Source of the DNA: Bosea sp. 12-68-7
GTDB lineage: Bacteria > Pseudomonadota > Alphaproteobacteria > Rhizobiales > Beijerinckiaceae
NCBI GenBank assembly: GCA_002279705.1
Contig: NCCO01000026.1
Location: 1-63,448, forward strand
Length of the DNA: 63,448 nt
Direction: 5' to 3'
The stretch's first letter is position 1. Each line of letters opens with the position of its first letter. The translations under genes and the position numbers were made by a program. The notes under the pieces are model-generated. The model had not been told where the DNA came from and searched no databases. It saw only the letters and a list, made by a program, of their open reading frames with translations. This document shows, piece after piece, positions 10,549 through 21,473 of this stretch.

Positions 10549-10965
10549 ATGGCGACCCTCCAGCGCGAGACCGATGTCGCGGCGACGAGGGAGGCCGTGG
10601 TCGCGGGCTTGAGCGCCTACAACGCGGCCCGCGTCGGGCCGCGCAACAGCGAACCGCTGGCGCTCAGCCTGCGCGACGAGGCCGGCACGATCGTCGGCGG
10701 GCTGATCGGGGAGCTGAAATGGGAATGGCTCCATGTCGACCTGCTCTGGATCGACGAGGCCCATCGCGGCGCCGGCCATGGCGAGGCGCTGGTCGCGCTG
10801 GCTGAGACGACCGCGCGTGAGCATGGCGCGCGGGGTGTCTATCTGAGTACGATGAGCATCCAGGCGCCGCAGTTCTATCCCAAGCTGGGCTACAAGCCCT
10901 GCGGCGTGATGGAGGACTATCCCGTCGCGGGTCACCGGATCCACCATTTCGCGAAGGCGCTATGA
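10549..10965 (+). CDS. GNAT acetyltransferase
   Basis: [19 protein letters not shown] acetyl-CoA motif; [11 protein letters not shown]. Confidence 0.9.
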   Translation: MATLQRETDVAATREAVVAGLSAYNAARVGPRNSEPLALSLRDEAGTIVGGLIGELKWEWLHVDLLWIDEAHRGAGHGEALVALAETTAREHGARGVYLSTMSIQAPQFYPKLGYKPCGVMEDYPVAGHRIHHFAKAL

Positions 10966-12863
10966 CCCTTTCCAATCGCAAGCCCGGCACGACCAAGGAA
11001 GCGCCAGCGGAGCCACTGAAGCGGGCCATCTCCTCGACGATGAAGGCGATCGCCCGCAAGCCGGAGATGGAGATCGTCTTCGCGGCCGACAAACCCTCTC
11101 TCGTCGGCGAGCGCGCCCGCCTGCCCGAGCCGCCGCGCAAGCTGACGGCGCAGGATGTCGCGATCCTGCGCGGCCATTCCGATTCGATGGCGCTGCGGCT
11201 GGCCTGCCATGACGCCAGCGTGCATCGCCGCGCCGCGCCTGAGGGCGACGCCGCGCGCGCCGTGTTCGACGCGGTCGAGCAGGCGCGCGTCGAATGCGTC
11301 GGTGCGCGGCGGATGGCCGGCATGGCCGGCAACATCACCGCCATGCTGGAGGATCGCTACCATCGCGGCGGCCGCTATGAGGAGATCACCGACCGGGCCG
11401 ACGCGCCGCTGGAGGATGCGCTGGCGCTGATGGTGCGCGAGCGCCTCACGGGTCTGAAGCCGCCCAAGGCGGCCGAGAAGCTGGTCGATCTCTGGCGCGA
11501 GCAGATCGAGGCCAAGGCCGGCGCCGATCTCGACCGGCTGTCGAAATCGGTCGAGGACCAGCGCGCCTTCGCCCGCACCGTGCGCGACATGCTGGCCTCG
11601 CTCGACATGGCCGAGCAGACAGCGCAGGGCGAGGATTCGGAAGAGGACGAGGACGACAAGGACCAGTCCTCCGACGAGCAGCAGCAACAGGACGGCGAGG
11701 CCGAGCAGGAAAGCGCCGGCGAGCGCTCCGAGGTCGAGGTTTCGGACGATGCGACCGAGGAACTGCAGGAGGGGGCGTCCGAAGCCTCCGACGCGCCGTC
11801 CGGAGACTGGGACGAGGAGGACGAGAACTCCGAGGCCGACGAGGCCGGCGAGGCGCCGCGCCCGCGCGAGAGCAAGGCCAATGACCGGCCGCAGACCGAC
11901 TACAAGCCCTACACCCAGAAGTTCGACGAGGTCGTCACGGCCGAGGACCTCTGCGACGCCGAGGAGCTGACGCGGCTGCGGGCCTATCTCGACAAGCAAC
12001 TGGCGCATTTGCAGGGTGTTGTTGCGAGACTTGCAAATCGGCTGCAGCGGCGCCTGATGGCGCAGCAGAACCGCTCCTGGCAGTTCGATCTGGAGGAGGG
12101 CGCGCTCGATCCGGCACGGCTGCCGCGCATCATCATCGACCCTTATCAGCCGCTCTCCTTCCGGCAGGAATCGGACGTCAATTTCCGCGACACGGTGGTG
12201 ACGCTGCTGATCGACAATTCCGGCTCGATGCGTGGACGGCCGATCACGGTCGCCGCGACCTGCGCCGACATCCTGGCGCGGACGCTGGAGCGCTGCGGCG
12301 TCAAGGTCGAGCTGCTCGGCTTCACCACGCGGGCGTGGAAGGGCGGGCTGTCGCGCGAGAGCTGGCTGCAATCGGGCAAGCCGGCCAATCCCGGCCGCCT
12401 CAATGATCTCAGGCACATCATCTACAAGGCGGCGGATGCACCCTGGCGGCGGGCGCGCAAGAATCTCGGCCTGATGATGCGCGAGGGGCTGCTCAAGGAG
12501 AACATCGACGGTGAGGCGCTGGACTGGGCGCATAAGCGCCTGCTGGCGCGGCCCGAGCAGCGCAAGATCCTCATGGTGATCTCGGACGGCGCACCGGTCG
12601 ACGATTCGACCCTGTCGGTGAATTCCGGCAACTATCTCGAGCGGCATCTGCGCCACATCATCGCCGAGATCGAGACGCGCTCGCCAGTCGAGCTGATCGC
12701 CATCGGCATCGGCCACGACGTCACCCGCTACTACCGCCGCGCCGTCACCATCGTCGATGCCGAAGAGCTCGGCGGTGTGATGACCGAGAAGCTCGCCGAA
12801 CTCTTCGAGGAGGATGCGGGGCTGAACGGCGGGCCGTCGCGCGGGCCGCGGCGGCGGACGTGA
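10962..12863 (+). CDS. cobT: Cobaltochelatase subunit CobT
   Basis: Acidic linker; vWA domain [14 protein letters not shown]; KENIDGEAL; [13 protein letters not shown]. Confidence 0.97.
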   Translation: MTLSNRKPGTTKEAPAEPLKRAISSTMKAIARKPEMEIVFAADKPSLVGERARLPEPPRKLTAQDVAILRGHSDSMALRLACHDASVHRRAAPEGDAARAVFDAVEQARVECVGARRMAGMAGNITAMLEDRYHRGGRYEEITDRADAPLEDALALMVRERLTGLKPPKAAEKLVDLWREQIEAKAGADLDRLSKSVEDQRAFARTVRDMLASLDMAEQTAQGEDSEEDEDDKDQSSDEQQQQDGEAEQESAGERSEVEVSDDATEELQEGASEASDAPSGDWDEEDENSEADEAGEAPRPRESKANDRPQTDYKPYTQKFDEVVTAEDLCDAEELTRLRAYLDKQLAHLQGVVARLANRLQRRLMAQQNRSWQFDLEEGALDPARLPRIIIDPYQPLSFRQESDVNFRDTVVTLLIDNSGSMRGRPITVAATCADILARTLERCGVKVELLGFTTRAWKGGLSRESWLQSGKPANPGRLNDLRHIIYKAADAPWRRARKNLGLMMREGLLKENIDGEALDWAHKRLLARPEQRKILMVISDGAPVDDSTLSVNSGNYLERHLRHIIAEIETRSPVELIAIGIGHDVTRYYRRAVTIVDAEELGGVMTEKLAELFEEDAGLNGGPSRGPRRRT

Positions 12864-12894
12864 GGGCTCTTGTCCCTTCGGGCGCTTCGTTGCG

Positions 12895-13896
12895 ATGCGC
12901 CTGACCCGCCGCGCCGCATTGGCCGGCCTGGGGGCGGTCGCCTCCGGCCGTCCGGCCCTGGCCGAGCCGCCCGAGACCGGCCGCATCCCCGTCGCCGTCT
13001 CGGCGCGGCCGATCGCCGCCTTCGAGCCGGGCAACCCCGAGAAGACGCGCTTCGGCCGTCTCGACTTTCGCAGCGGGCTCGTGCTCAGCGGCAGCCATTC
13101 GCGCTTCGGCGGGCTGTCGGGTCTGTGGCGCGGGCCGGGCGGCACCGATCTCGTCGCCATCACCGACAACGGATTCTGGCTGACGGGCACGCTCGCCTCG
13201 CGCAACGGCCGGCTGGCCGGGATCGAGGGCGCGGAGCTGGCGCCGATCCTCGGCAGTTCGGGCCGGCCGCTGCACCGCTCGCGCTACTACGACACCGAGA
13301 GCCTGTGCATCGCCGACGGTATCGCCTATCTCGGCGTCGAGCGGACCCATGACGTGCTGCGCTTCGACTGGGCGGCCGAGGGCGTGATGGCACGGGCGCG
13401 GATCGTGCCGGTGCCGCGCGAGGTCAAGCGCCTGCCGGACAATCGCGGGCTGGAGGCGATCGGCGTGGTGCCGCCCGGGCAGCCTCTGGCGGGTGCGATC
13501 GTCGCCATCGCCGAGCGCTCGGGCTCGGAAGACGAGCCGACGCTGGGCGTCATCCTCGGGCGCCAGCCGGGCCTGTTCAGGGTGATCAGGCATGGCGGCT
13601 TTGACATCACCGACCTCGCCTTCCTGCCTGATGGCGACCTGCTGTTGCTGGAGCGCTGGTATCGCGCGCTGCGTGGCGTCGGCATGCGGATCCGTCGCAT
13701 TCCCGGCGCGAGCCTGAAGGTCGGTGCGCTGCTCGACGGGCCCGCCCTGATCGAGGCCGATCTCGGCCAGGAGATCGACAACATGGAAGGGCTGGCGGTC
13801 CATCAGGACGGCCTGAAGACCGTGCTGACCCTGATCTCGGACGACAATTTCTCGTTCCTGCAGCGGACGGTGCTGCTGGAGTTCGCGCTGGTTTGA
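12895..13896 (+). CDS. Tat-exported phytase-like/esterase-like beta-propeller protein
   Basis: MRLTRRAALAG Tat signal; FGGLSGL, AITDNG, DNMEGL, ISDDNF motifs. Confidence 0.85.
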   Translation: MRLTRRAALAGLGAVASGRPALAEPPETGRIPVAVSARPIAAFEPGNPEKTRFGRLDFRSGLVLSGSHSRFGGLSGLWRGPGGTDLVAITDNGFWLTGTLASRNGRLAGIEGAELAPILGSSGRPLHRSRYYDTESLCIADGIAYLGVERTHDVLRFDWAAEGVMARARIVPVPREVKRLPDNRGLEAIGVVPPGQPLAGAIVAIAERSGSEDEPTLGVILGRQPGLFRVIRHGGFDITDLAFLPDGDLLLLERWYRALRGVGMRIRRIPGASLKVGALLDGPALIEADLGQEIDNMEGLAVHQDGLKTVLTLISDDNFSFLQRTVLLEFALV

Positions 13897-13906
13897 AGCG
13901 GTCGGC

Positions 13907-14001
13907 CCGTCATGGTCGGCCTTGTGCCGACCATCCACGCCGTCCTTGATCGAGGCTCGTGTTCGAGACGTGGATGCTCGCCACGAGGGCGAGCATGACG
14001 G
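13907..14001. repeat. Palindromic intergenic repeat (REP/RIME-like), type A
   Basis: CCGTCATGGTCGGCCTTGTGCCGACCATCCACG...CGTGGATGCTCGCCACGAGGGCGAGCATGACGG; near copy at 23254-23349. Confidence 0.85.
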
Positions 14002-14013
14002 CGGTGCCCCAAC

Positions 14014-14040
14014 GAAAAAAGCGGCCTTTCGGCCGCTTCC
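14014..14040 (-). terminator. Rho-independent terminator of rpmB
   Basis: Minus strand AAGCGGCC-GAAA-GGCCGCTT followed by T-run. Confidence 0.8.
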
Positions 14041-14065
14041 TTCAGACCCGAAAAGGCTCGTCCGC

Positions 14066-14353
14066 TCAGACGGTGGCGAGCTTCTTCTCGATGTCGCGCT
14101 TCAGCGTCAGGGCGCCGGTCGACAGATCGGAGGCCGGAGCCTTGATCAGGAAGGCGTCGAGGCCGCCACGATGGTCGACCGTGCGCAGGGCGTTGGCCGA
14201 GACGCGCAGCCGCACCGAGCGGCCGAGCGCATCCGACTGCAGCGTGACGTTGACGAGGTTGGGCCGGAAGACGGTCTTCGTCTTGCGGTTCGAGTGGCTG
14301 ACGAGGTGGCCGGTGAGGGTGGCCTTCCCGGTCAGTTCGCAACGGCGCGCCAT
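14066..14353 (-). CDS. rpmB: 50S ribosomal protein L28
   Basis: [26 protein letters not shown]...[20 protein letters not shown]. Confidence 0.97.
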   Translation of the reverse strand: MARRCELTGKATLTGHLVSHSNRKTKTVFRPNLVNVTLQSDALGRSVRLRVSANALRTVDHRGGLDAFLIKAPASDLSTGALTLKRDIEKKLATV

Positions 14354-14630
14354 GGTATCGTTCCCTAAATCCAACCGGCTGGCTCAAACAAAAATGCCGA
14401 CACGCGACGTGCCGGACATGAGCACCGGAAGTCAAATTGAAGTCGCGGTTCCATAGCCAAGGCCGGCGGGGCCGTCAAGGAAAACCGCGTGCCGCCCAGT
14501 GGATAAGGCGTGTCGTGCCCGCGCCGGCGTCGCCGCGGCATCTGGGCGCTCGCCAAACCCGGCGAAAGCGGTCACGATTCGGACCGATTCGCAGTGCATG
14601 TCGACATGGCCTGCCGTCTGGAGGAACTGG

Positions 14631-15452
14631 ATGAAACCCGCCATCGCATCGTCCCTGGGCGGGTGGATTCTCGCCGTCGGAGCCGCGACGCTCGGGCTTC
14701 CCGCCGCCGCCGCCTCGCTCGACGCGCGCTACGACGTGTCGCTGCTGGGGCTGACGCTCGGCACGGCGAACCTCACCGGCGGCATCGAGGGCTCGGCTTA
14801 CAAGCTCGACCTCACGGCCAAGCTGACGGGCCTGATCGGCGGCTTCACCGGAGGACGCGGCTCAGGGGCCGCCAGCGGCAGCCTCAACGGCACAAAGCTC
14901 TCGCCGACGAGTTTCGCCGTCAGTTCGGCGAGTTCCAGCGAGAGCCGCACCGTGCGTATGGCGCTCGACAGCAACATCGTCGCGGCCGTCGAGATCGAGC
15001 CGCCGATCGATGCCAAGCCGGACCGCGTGCCGCTGAACGACGGCCATCGCCGCAACGTGATCGACCCGCTCAGCGCCTTCCTGATGCCGGTCGTCGGCAA
15101 GGGGCTCGCCAATGCCTGCAACCGGACGCTCCAGATCTTCGACGGCGCGGCGCGCTACGACATCAAGATGAGCCAGTCGGGCACGCGCGAGGTCAAGCTC
15201 GACGGCTATAGCGGCCCGGTCGCGGTCTGCCAGGTGCGCTATGTGCCGATCGCCGGCCACCGTTCGCAGCGGCCGAGCACCAAGTTCATGATCGAGAACC
15301 GCGACATCAGCACCTGGCTGGCGCCGGTTGCGGGCACCAATGTCATGGTGCCCGTGCGGGTCTCGGTGAAGACGATGATCGGTACCGCGGTGCTCGAAGC
15401 CTCGAGCTTCAAGGTCGATCCGGGCATGACGGCGAGCACGGCCAGGAACTGA
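14631..15452 (+). CDS. DUF3108-type exported protein
   Basis: Signal peptide; VIDPLSA, CNRTLQIFDGAARYD, CQVRYVPIAGH; GGAGG RBS. Confidence 0.8.
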   Translation: MKPAIASSLGGWILAVGAATLGLPAAAASLDARYDVSLLGLTLGTANLTGGIEGSAYKLDLTAKLTGLIGGFTGGRGSGAASGSLNGTKLSPTSFAVSSASSSESRTVRMALDSNIVAAVEIEPPIDAKPDRVPLNDGHRRNVIDPLSAFLMPVVGKGLANACNRTLQIFDGAARYDIKMSQSGTREVKLDGYSGPVAVCQVRYVPIAGHRSQRPSTKFMIENRDISTWLAPVAGTNVMVPVRVSVKTMIGTAVLEASSFKVDPGMTASTARN

Positions 15453-15461
15453 GGCGGCCGG

Positions 15462-15565
15462 CGCCCTGCTCGGGCTTGACCCGAGCCTCTCAGGCCGTTG
15501 AGGCGCGGGCGTTTCATCCTGCCGGCGATTCTCGGGTCTGCGCTGCGCTTCGCCCGAGAATGACG
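15462..15565. repeat. Palindromic intergenic repeat, type B (degenerate)
   Basis: GCTCGGGCTTGACCCGAGC...CTCGGGTCTGCGCTGCGCTTCGCCCGAGAATGACG; shares GCGCAGCGCAGACCCG core with 34872-34964. Confidence 0.7.
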
Positions 15566-15572
15566 CTCTTCT

Positions 15573-15917
15573 TCAATGGGCGGTGGATTTCGAGAACAGG
15601 TTGATCACCAGCACGCCCGCCACGATCAGCGCCATGCCCAGGATGGCCGGCGCATCGAGTTTCTGGCCGAACAGGATGCGGGCGATGATGCTGATCATGA
15701 CGATGCCGACGCCCGACCAGATGGCGTAGGCGACGCCGACGGGGATCGTCCGCAGGGTCAGGGTCAGGAAGTAGAACGCGCTGAGGAAGGCGGCGAGCAT
15801 GATCAGCGTCGGCACCGGTCGGGTGAACTCCTGCGACGCCTTCAGCGCCGAGGTGCCGATGACCTCGCTGACGATCGCCGCCGCCAGATAGAGATAGCTC
15901 GCGTTGTTGAAGATCAT
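15573..15917 (-). CDS. SMR/DMT family small multidrug efflux protein (EmrE-like)
   Basis: AIVSEVIGTSALKAS (conserved Glu); IPVGVAYAIWSGVG; four TM helices. Confidence 0.93.
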   Translation of the reverse strand: MIFNNASYLYLAAAIVSEVIGTSALKASQEFTRPVPTLIMLAAFLSAFYFLTLTLRTIPVGVAYAIWSGVGIVMISIIARILFGQKLDAPAILGMALIVAGVLVINLFSKSTAH

Positions 15918-17098
15918 GCAGCCTTCGCGCTTTCGAGAAACGTGCCCATGCGCGCCAGAGCGCGTTCGATGTTGGGCAATGAATTGGCGTAGGACAGCCT
16001 GATATAGCCCTCGCCATGGACGCCGAAATCGGGCCCGCCAATGGTGGCTACCCCGGCATCCTCCAGCAAGGCGGAAGCGAGTTTCTTGGCCTTCCAGCCG
16101 GTCTGCGAGACGTTCGGGAAGGCGTAGAAGGCCCCCTTCGGCACGATGCAGGAGACGCCGGGCAGGGCGTTGAGCCCCTTCACCACCGCCTTCCGGCGCC
16201 GGTCGAACTCGGCCAGCATCATCGCGACCGCGTCCTGCGGGCCGGTCAGCGCGGCGAGGCCGGCCCACTGGGCGGGTGCGTTCACGCAGGAATGCGAGTT
16301 CACCGCCAGCTTGCGGGCGTTGTCGTAGAGGGGCTTGGGCCAGATCGACCAGCCCATGCGCCAGCCGGTCATGGCATAGGTCTTCGACCAGCCGTTGAGC
16401 AGGATCAGCCGGTCCCGGATCTCGGGGTAGCTCAGCAGGCAGACATGCTGCTCGCCGTCATAGAGCATCTGGTCGTAGATCTCGTCGGACATGATCGCGA
16501 CGTCAGGAAATTTCGCCAGTCCGGCGACGAGCTTGTCGACTTCGGCCTTGGGCGTGACGCCGCCGGTCGGGTTGGCCGGCGAGTTGACGATCAGGAGCCG
16601 CGTCTTCGGCGTGATCAGCGCCAGCGTCTCCTCGGCCGAGAAGGCGAAGCCGTTCTCCTCGCGGATCGGCACCGGGATCGGCGTCGCCCCGGTGTATTCG
16701 ATCATCGAGCGGTAGATCGGGAAGCCAGGATCGGGATAGAGGATCTCGGCGCCGGGCTCGCCGAACATCAGGATCGCCATGAACATGGTGACCTTGCCGC
16801 CCGGCACGATCATCACGCTCTCGGGCGAAACCTCGACCTGGAAGCGCTTGTGCAGATCGGCGGCGACCGCCTCGCGCAGCGGCAAAATGCCATTGGCGGG
16901 CGTGTAGCCATGGTGGCCGTCGCGCAGAGCCTTCACCGCGGCCTCGACGATGTGGTCGGGGGTCGGGAAGTCGGGCTGGCCGATGCCGAGATTGATGATG
17001 TCCTTGCCCTGGCGCTGCAACTCGGTGGCCCGCGCCAGAACGGCGAAGGCGTTCTCCTCGCCGATGCGGGCGAAGGCGGGGACGACATGGAGTGTCAT
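15914..17098 (-). CDS. PLP-dependent class I/II aminotransferase
   Basis: NLGIGQPDFPTP; NSPANPTG; SDEIY; SKTYAMTGWRMG. Confidence 0.95.
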   Translation of the reverse strand: MTLHVVPAFARIGEENAFAVLARATELQRQGKDIINLGIGQPDFPTPDHIVEAAVKALRDGHHGYTPANGILPLREAVAADLHKRFQVEVSPESVMIVPGGKVTMFMAILMFGEPGAEILYPDPGFPIYRSMIEYTGATPIPVPIREENGFAFSAEETLALITPKTRLLIVNSPANPTGGVTPKAEVDKLVAGLAKFPDVAIMSDEIYDQMLYDGEQHVCLLSYPEIRDRLILLNGWSKTYAMTGWRMGWSIWPKPLYDNARKLAVNSHSCVNAPAQWAGLAALTGPQDAVAMMLAEFDRRRKAVVKGLNALPGVSCIVPKGAFYAFPNVSQTGWKAKKLASALLEDAGVATIGGPDFGVHGEGYIRLSYANSLPNIERALARMGTFLESAKAA

Positions 17099-17366
17099 GG
17101 CGGGCTTCCTCGGGCTGGATCGCGACACGGCCCGCTCTTGCCGGGGCCTTGTCTTTGTCTTGGCTTCAAATCGCCGCGGCTGGCAAGCACCGCCGATGGT
17201 GACGACATCGTTGCATGCTGTATGCAGGGTGCGTAAATAGTATGACTATCCCGCGAGCCGGCTCTTGCCCGGGGCGGGGCGATGGGCATGATGAGCCTGT
17301 CTCACATTGGTTGAATGAGATCGACAAGCGGCCGTCAGTGCCGCGTCGCGCGAGAGGAAGACGAGG

Positions 17367-19220
17367 ATGGCCAAGACTCCCGTAGGCAAGACTCCCGTAG
17401 GCAAGACTCCCGCAGGCAAGAAGCCTGTCCGCAAGATCAAGCCGGAGCAGCTGCGCTCGAAGGCCTGGTTCGACAACCCCGCCAATGCCGACATGACGGC
17501 GCTCTATATCGAGCGGACGATGAATTTCGGCCTGTCGCGCGACGAGTTGCAGTCGGGTCGGCCGATCATCGGCATCGCCCAGACCGGCTCGGACATCGCG
17601 CCGTGCAACCGCCACCATCTCGAGCTCGCTCACCGCGTCCGCGACGGCATCCGCGAGATGGGCGGCGTGCCCTTCGAGTTCCCGATCCATCCGATCCAGG
17701 AGACCTGCAAGCGGCCGACCGCCTCGCTCGACCGCAACCTGCAATATCTCAGCCTCGTCGAGATCCTCTACGGCTACCCGATCGACGGCGTCGTGCTGAC
17801 GACCGGCTGCGACAAGACCACCCCGGCGCAGATCATGGCCGCCGCGACGGTGGACATCCCGGCGATCGCCCTGCCGGGCGGGCCGATGCTGAACGGCAAT
17901 TTCCGCGGCGAGCGCACCGGCTCGGGCACGATCGTGTGGAAGGCGCGCCAGATGATGGCGGCCGGCGAGATCGACTACAAAGGCTTCGTCGAGCTCGTCG
18001 CCTCCTCGGCGCCCTCGGCGGGTCATTGCAACACGATGGGCACGGCCTCGACGATGAACTCGCTCGCCGAGGCGATGGGCATGACACTGCCGGGCGGCGC
18101 CGCCATCCCCGCGCCGTATCGCGACCGCTATGAGATGGCCTATCTGACGGGCAAGCGCATCGTCGAGATGGTCTGGGAGAACCTGGTTCCCTCCAAGATC
18201 CTGACGCGTGAGGCCTTCGAGAACACCATCGTCATCAATTCGGCGATCGGTGGCTCGACCAATGCGCCGATCCACGTCAACGCCATCGCCAAGCATATCG
18301 GCGTAGCCCTCGACAACGAGGACTGGACGAAGATCGGCTACGATGTCCCGCTGCTGGTCAACCTGCAGCCGGCCGGCGAGTATCTCGGCGAGGATTATTA
18401 CCGCGCCGGCGGCGTTCCCGCCGTGGTCGCTGAACTCGTCGCCAAGGGCAAGATCAAGCCCGCGATCACCGCCAATGGACGCACGCTCGCCGAGAATTGC
18501 GAAGGCTTCTTCTCGGTCGACCGGCGCGTCATCAAGCCCTATGACGAGCCGATGAAGGCGCAGTCGGGCTTCCTCAACCTGTCCGGCAACCTGTTCGATT
18601 CCGCGATCATGAAGACCAGCGTGATCACGCCGGAGTTCCGCAAGCGCTACCTGGAAAACCCGAAGGATCCCAACGCCTTCGAGGGTCGCGCCATCGTCTT
18701 CGACGGACCGGAGGACTACCACCACCGCATCGACGATCCGGCGCTCGCCATCGACGAGCACTGCATCCTGTTCATCCGCGGCGTCGGGCCGATCGGCTAT
18801 CCCGGCGCGGCCGAGGTGGTGAACATGCGGCCGCCGGATTATCTCATCAAGAAGGGCGTCTCGGCGCTCGCCTGCATCGGCGACGGGCGCCAGTCCGGCA
18901 CCTCGGGTTCGCCCTCGATCCTGAACGCCTCGCCGGAGGCGGCGACGGGCGGCGGGCTCGCGCTGCTGAAGACGGGCGACATGGTGCGCATCGACCTGAC
19001 CAAGCGCACCGCCGACATCCTGATCCCGGATGGGGAACTGGCGCAGCGGCGCGCCGCGCTGAAGGCGGCCGGCGGCTACAAGTACCCCAAGAGCCAGACG
19101 CCGTGGCAGGAGATCCAGCGCAAGATCGTCGGCGAACTCTCCGAGGGCATGGTGCTGAAGCCGGCGGTCAAGTACCAGAAGATCCACAAGAAGTTCGGTG
19201 TGCCGCGCGACAATCACTGA
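17367..19220 (+). CDS. IlvD/Edd-family sugar-acid dehydratase (xylonate/arabonate type)
   Basis: [35 protein letters not shown]. Confidence 0.92.
   Translation: MAKTPVGKTPVGKTPAGKKPVRKIKPEQLRSKAWFDNPANADMTALYIERTMNFGLSRDELQSGRPIIGIAQTGSDIAPCNRHHLELAHRVRDGIREMGGVPFEFPIHPIQETCKRPTASLDRNLQYLSLVEILYGYPIDGVVLTTGCDKTTPAQIMAAATVDIPAIALPGGPMLNGNFRGERTGSGTIVWKARQMMAAGEIDYKGFVELVASSAPSAGHCNTMGTASTMNSLAEAMGMTLPGGAAIPAPYRDRYEMAYLTGKRIVEMVWENLVPSKILTREAFENTIVINSAIGGSTNAPIHVNAIAKHIGVALDNEDWTKIGYDVPLLVNLQPAGEYLGEDYYRAGGVPAVVAELVAKGKIKPAITANGRTLAENCEGFFSVDRRVIKPYDEPMKAQSGFLNLSGNLFDSAIMKTSVITPEFRKRYLENPKDPNAFEGRAIVFDGPEDYHHRIDDPALAIDEHCILFIRGVGPIGYPGAAEVVNMRPPDYLIKKGVSALACIGDGRQSGTSGSPSILNASPEAATGGGLALLKTGDMVRIDLTKRTADILIPDGELAQRRAALKAAGGYKYPKSQTPWQEIQRKIVGELSEGMVLKPAVKYQKIHKKFGVPRDNH
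17372..17421 (+). repeat. 15-bp in-frame tandem repeat (about 3.3 copies)
   Basis: CAAGACTCCCGTAGG x2, CAAGACTCCCGCAGG, CAAGA; encodes [16 protein letters not shown]. Confidence 0.95.
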
Positions 19221-19245
19221 GCGCGGGCGTCCGACGGGGGCATGA

Positions 19246-19488
19246 ATGGACGCTCTGGAGACGTTGGGGCTCGGCGCCTCGCTCGCCCTGCTCGCCGTGA
19301 TCGGCGGGCTGCTCGGCGGGGCCATCGGCCATTGGCGTCGCGGCCGCGGCGGCGTCGCGCCCGGCGCTATCGTCGGCGCGCTATCCCTGTCACTCGCCGC
19401 CTTTGCCTGGCTCATGCAGGTCTGGATGCTGATCGTCGGCGCGGTGGTCATGGCCGTGGCGGCGGCGCTTTCGGGCTTTCTCGGTTGA
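19246..19488 (+). CDS. Small membrane protein
   Basis: 80-aa ORF with about three hydrophobic segments. Confidence 0.6.
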   Translation: MDALETLGLGASLALLAVIGGLLGGAIGHWRRGRGGVAPGAIVGALSLSLAAFAWLMQVWMLIVGAVVMAVAAALSGFLG

Positions 19489-19578
19489 GGAGGCCATGCC
19501 TCGTTTCGGGGCTGACAAAACGATGCGGCATGGACACTATGCTTGTCTCGTCGGCCCGCTGACTTGAAACTGTTTGAA

Positions 19579-20418
19579 ATGGCCTATTCCCCTCAGGTCG
19601 ATGCCTTTCGCGCGCTCCACGAGTCCGGCTGCTTCGTCATGCCGAACCCGTGGGATATCGGCTCGGCGCGCTGGCTGCGCGGGCAGGGCTTCAAGGCGCT
19701 GGCGACGACGAGCGCCGGCTTTGCCTTCACGCAAGGCCGGGCCGACCAGGACGTGCCGCGCGACATGATGCTCGCGCATATCGCCGAGATGGTGAAGGCG
19801 GTGCCCGACCTGCCGGTGAACGCCGATTTCGAGAACGGCTATGCCGACACGCCCGACGGTGTCGCCGCCAACGTCAAGCTCTGCGTCGCGACCGGCGTCG
19901 CAGGGCTGTCGATCGAGGATGCGACGGGGCGCGAGGACGACCCGCTCTATCCGTTCGAGCTCGCCGTGGACCGGGTCCGCGCCGCGCGCAGGGCAATCGA
20001 CGAGACCGGCTCCGGCGTGGTGCTGACGGCGCGGGCGGAGGCCTTCCTCACCGGTCATCCTGATCCGTTGCCCGAGGTGGTGCGCCGCCTCGCCGCCTTT
20101 GCGGAAGCCGGTGCGGATGCGCTCTACGCGCCCTGGGTGCGAACTCCCGAGGAGATCGCCACGGTTGTTTCCGCTGCGCGCGGCAAGCCCGTCAATGTCG
20201 TCGTCTTCGCCGATTTCGGTCTGACGGTGTCCGACTTCGCGGCGCTGGGCGTTCGCCGGCTGTCAACGGGCGCCGCCTCGGCGCGATCCGCCTGGGCGGG
20301 CTTCATCGAATCGACGCGGCTGATCGTGGAGGGCGGCAGCTTCGCGGGTTTCGCCGGCAATGCGCCCTCGCGGCGGCTCGACCCGTTCTTCCGTGAAGAC
20401 CTAAAGGCGCGCTCATGA
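19579..20418 (+). CDS. Isocitrate lyase/PEP mutase family protein
   Basis: MPNPWDIGSA, ALATTSAG, VNADFENGY, GLSIED, TARAE. Confidence 0.92.
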   Translation: MAYSPQVDAFRALHESGCFVMPNPWDIGSARWLRGQGFKALATTSAGFAFTQGRADQDVPRDMMLAHIAEMVKAVPDLPVNADFENGYADTPDGVAANVKLCVATGVAGLSIEDATGREDDPLYPFELAVDRVRAARRAIDETGSGVVLTARAEAFLTGHPDPLPEVVRRLAAFAEAGADALYAPWVRTPEEIATVVSAARGKPVNVVVFADFGLTVSDFAALGVRRLSTGAASARSAWAGFIESTRLIVEGGSFAGFAGNAPSRRLDPFFREDLKARS

Positions 20419-20741
20419 GCCGGGCGCTGCTGATCGCGCCGGCCTGGCTCGGGCAGAGCGGCCTTTGGACGCTGGACGCCAAGGGCCGCCGAAGCGCCGT
20501 CGATGCCGAGGATGTCGGGCTGAGCGAGGATCTGGCGGACCGGCTGGAAGTCTGGATGGACGCCTTCGACGCGATCTACGACGAAGATGCCGAGGCCCGC
20601 TCGCGCTTTCCCAGCGAAGCCGAGCAGCGTGCCTGGGAGGCCGAGGGCCACGCCATCACGGCGGCGGTTGCGGCCGAGCTCGGCGTGGCTTGGTCGGTCT
20701 TCGCCGATCTCACCGGCTGGCAGGAGATGACGAAGCCATGA
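20415..20741 (+). CDS. Hypothetical protein
   Basis: 108-aa acidic ORF with ATGA overlaps at both ends. Confidence 0.75.
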   Translation: MSRALLIAPAWLGQSGLWTLDAKGRRSAVDAEDVGLSEDLADRLEVWMDAFDAIYDEDAEARSRFPSEAEQRAWEAEGHAITAAVAAELGVAWSVFADLTGWQEMTKP

Positions 20742-21436
20742 GCCATGCGACATCGGCGGCGGATCGCAACCCCGTCCTGGCCTGGAGGGCGCCGCCCTTT
20801 CCGCCGGCGCGTGTGCTGGAGGGGCGCTACTGCCGGCTCGAGCCGATCGACCCGGCCCGCCATCTCGACGACATCTGGGCCGTGAATGCCGGCCATGACC
20901 ACATCTGGCAGTGGATGCCCGCGGATCCGCCGCAGACGCGCGAGGCCTATCGCGAGTTGCTGGCGATGATGGTGTCGAAGTCTGGCATCGTGCCCTTCGC
21001 GATCATCGACAGGGCCGACGGCAAGCCCAAGGGGCATCTCTGGCTGATGGAGATCCGACCCGAGCATGGGGTCTTCGAGGTCGGCTACATCACCTATTCG
21101 CCGGAGCTGCAGCGGACCCGCGTTGCCACCGAGGCGATCCATCTTTGCGGGGGCTTTGGTTTCTCGCTCGGCTACCGGCGCTTCGAGTGGAAGTGCAACA
21201 ATCTGAACGAGCCGTCCAAGCGCGCCGCGCTGCGCTTCGGCTTTCGCTATGAGGGCCTCTTCCGCCAGCACATGGTGGTCAAGGGTCGGAATCGCGACAC
21301 GGCCTGGTTCTCGATCCTCGACAGCGAATGGCCGGCCGTGAACGCCGCCTTCGAGGCCTGGCTCGATCCGGGCAATTTTGATTCAGACGGCCATCAGAGG
21401 GCGCGTCTCGAGAGCTTCAGGGCTGCGCAGGCCTGA
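20738..21436 (+). CDS. GNAT acetyltransferase (RimJ/RimL-like)
   Basis: LEGRYCRLEP; GYRRFEWKCNNLNEPSKRAALRFGFRYEGLFRQH; GRNRDTAWFSI. Confidence 0.92.
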   Translation: MSHATSAADRNPVLAWRAPPFPPARVLEGRYCRLEPIDPARHLDDIWAVNAGHDHIWQWMPADPPQTREAYRELLAMMVSKSGIVPFAIIDRADGKPKGHLWLMEIRPEHGVFEVGYITYSPELQRTRVATEAIHLCGGFGFSLGYRRFEWKCNNLNEPSKRAALRFGFRYEGLFRQHMVVKGRNRDTAWFSILDSEWPAVNAAFEAWLDPGNFDSDGHQRARLESFRAAQA

Positions 21437-21473
21437 TGTCACCACCAAGAAACGCGAAGGCGAGGACAACAGC

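Noticed and set aside
10932-13205. 757-aa minus-strand ORF
   Set aside because: Antisense shadow of cobT
17372-17421. CRISPR-like array
   Set aside because: Units are contiguous 15-mers with no spacers and lie inside a CDS; no cas genes or repeat-spacer arrays seen in the window
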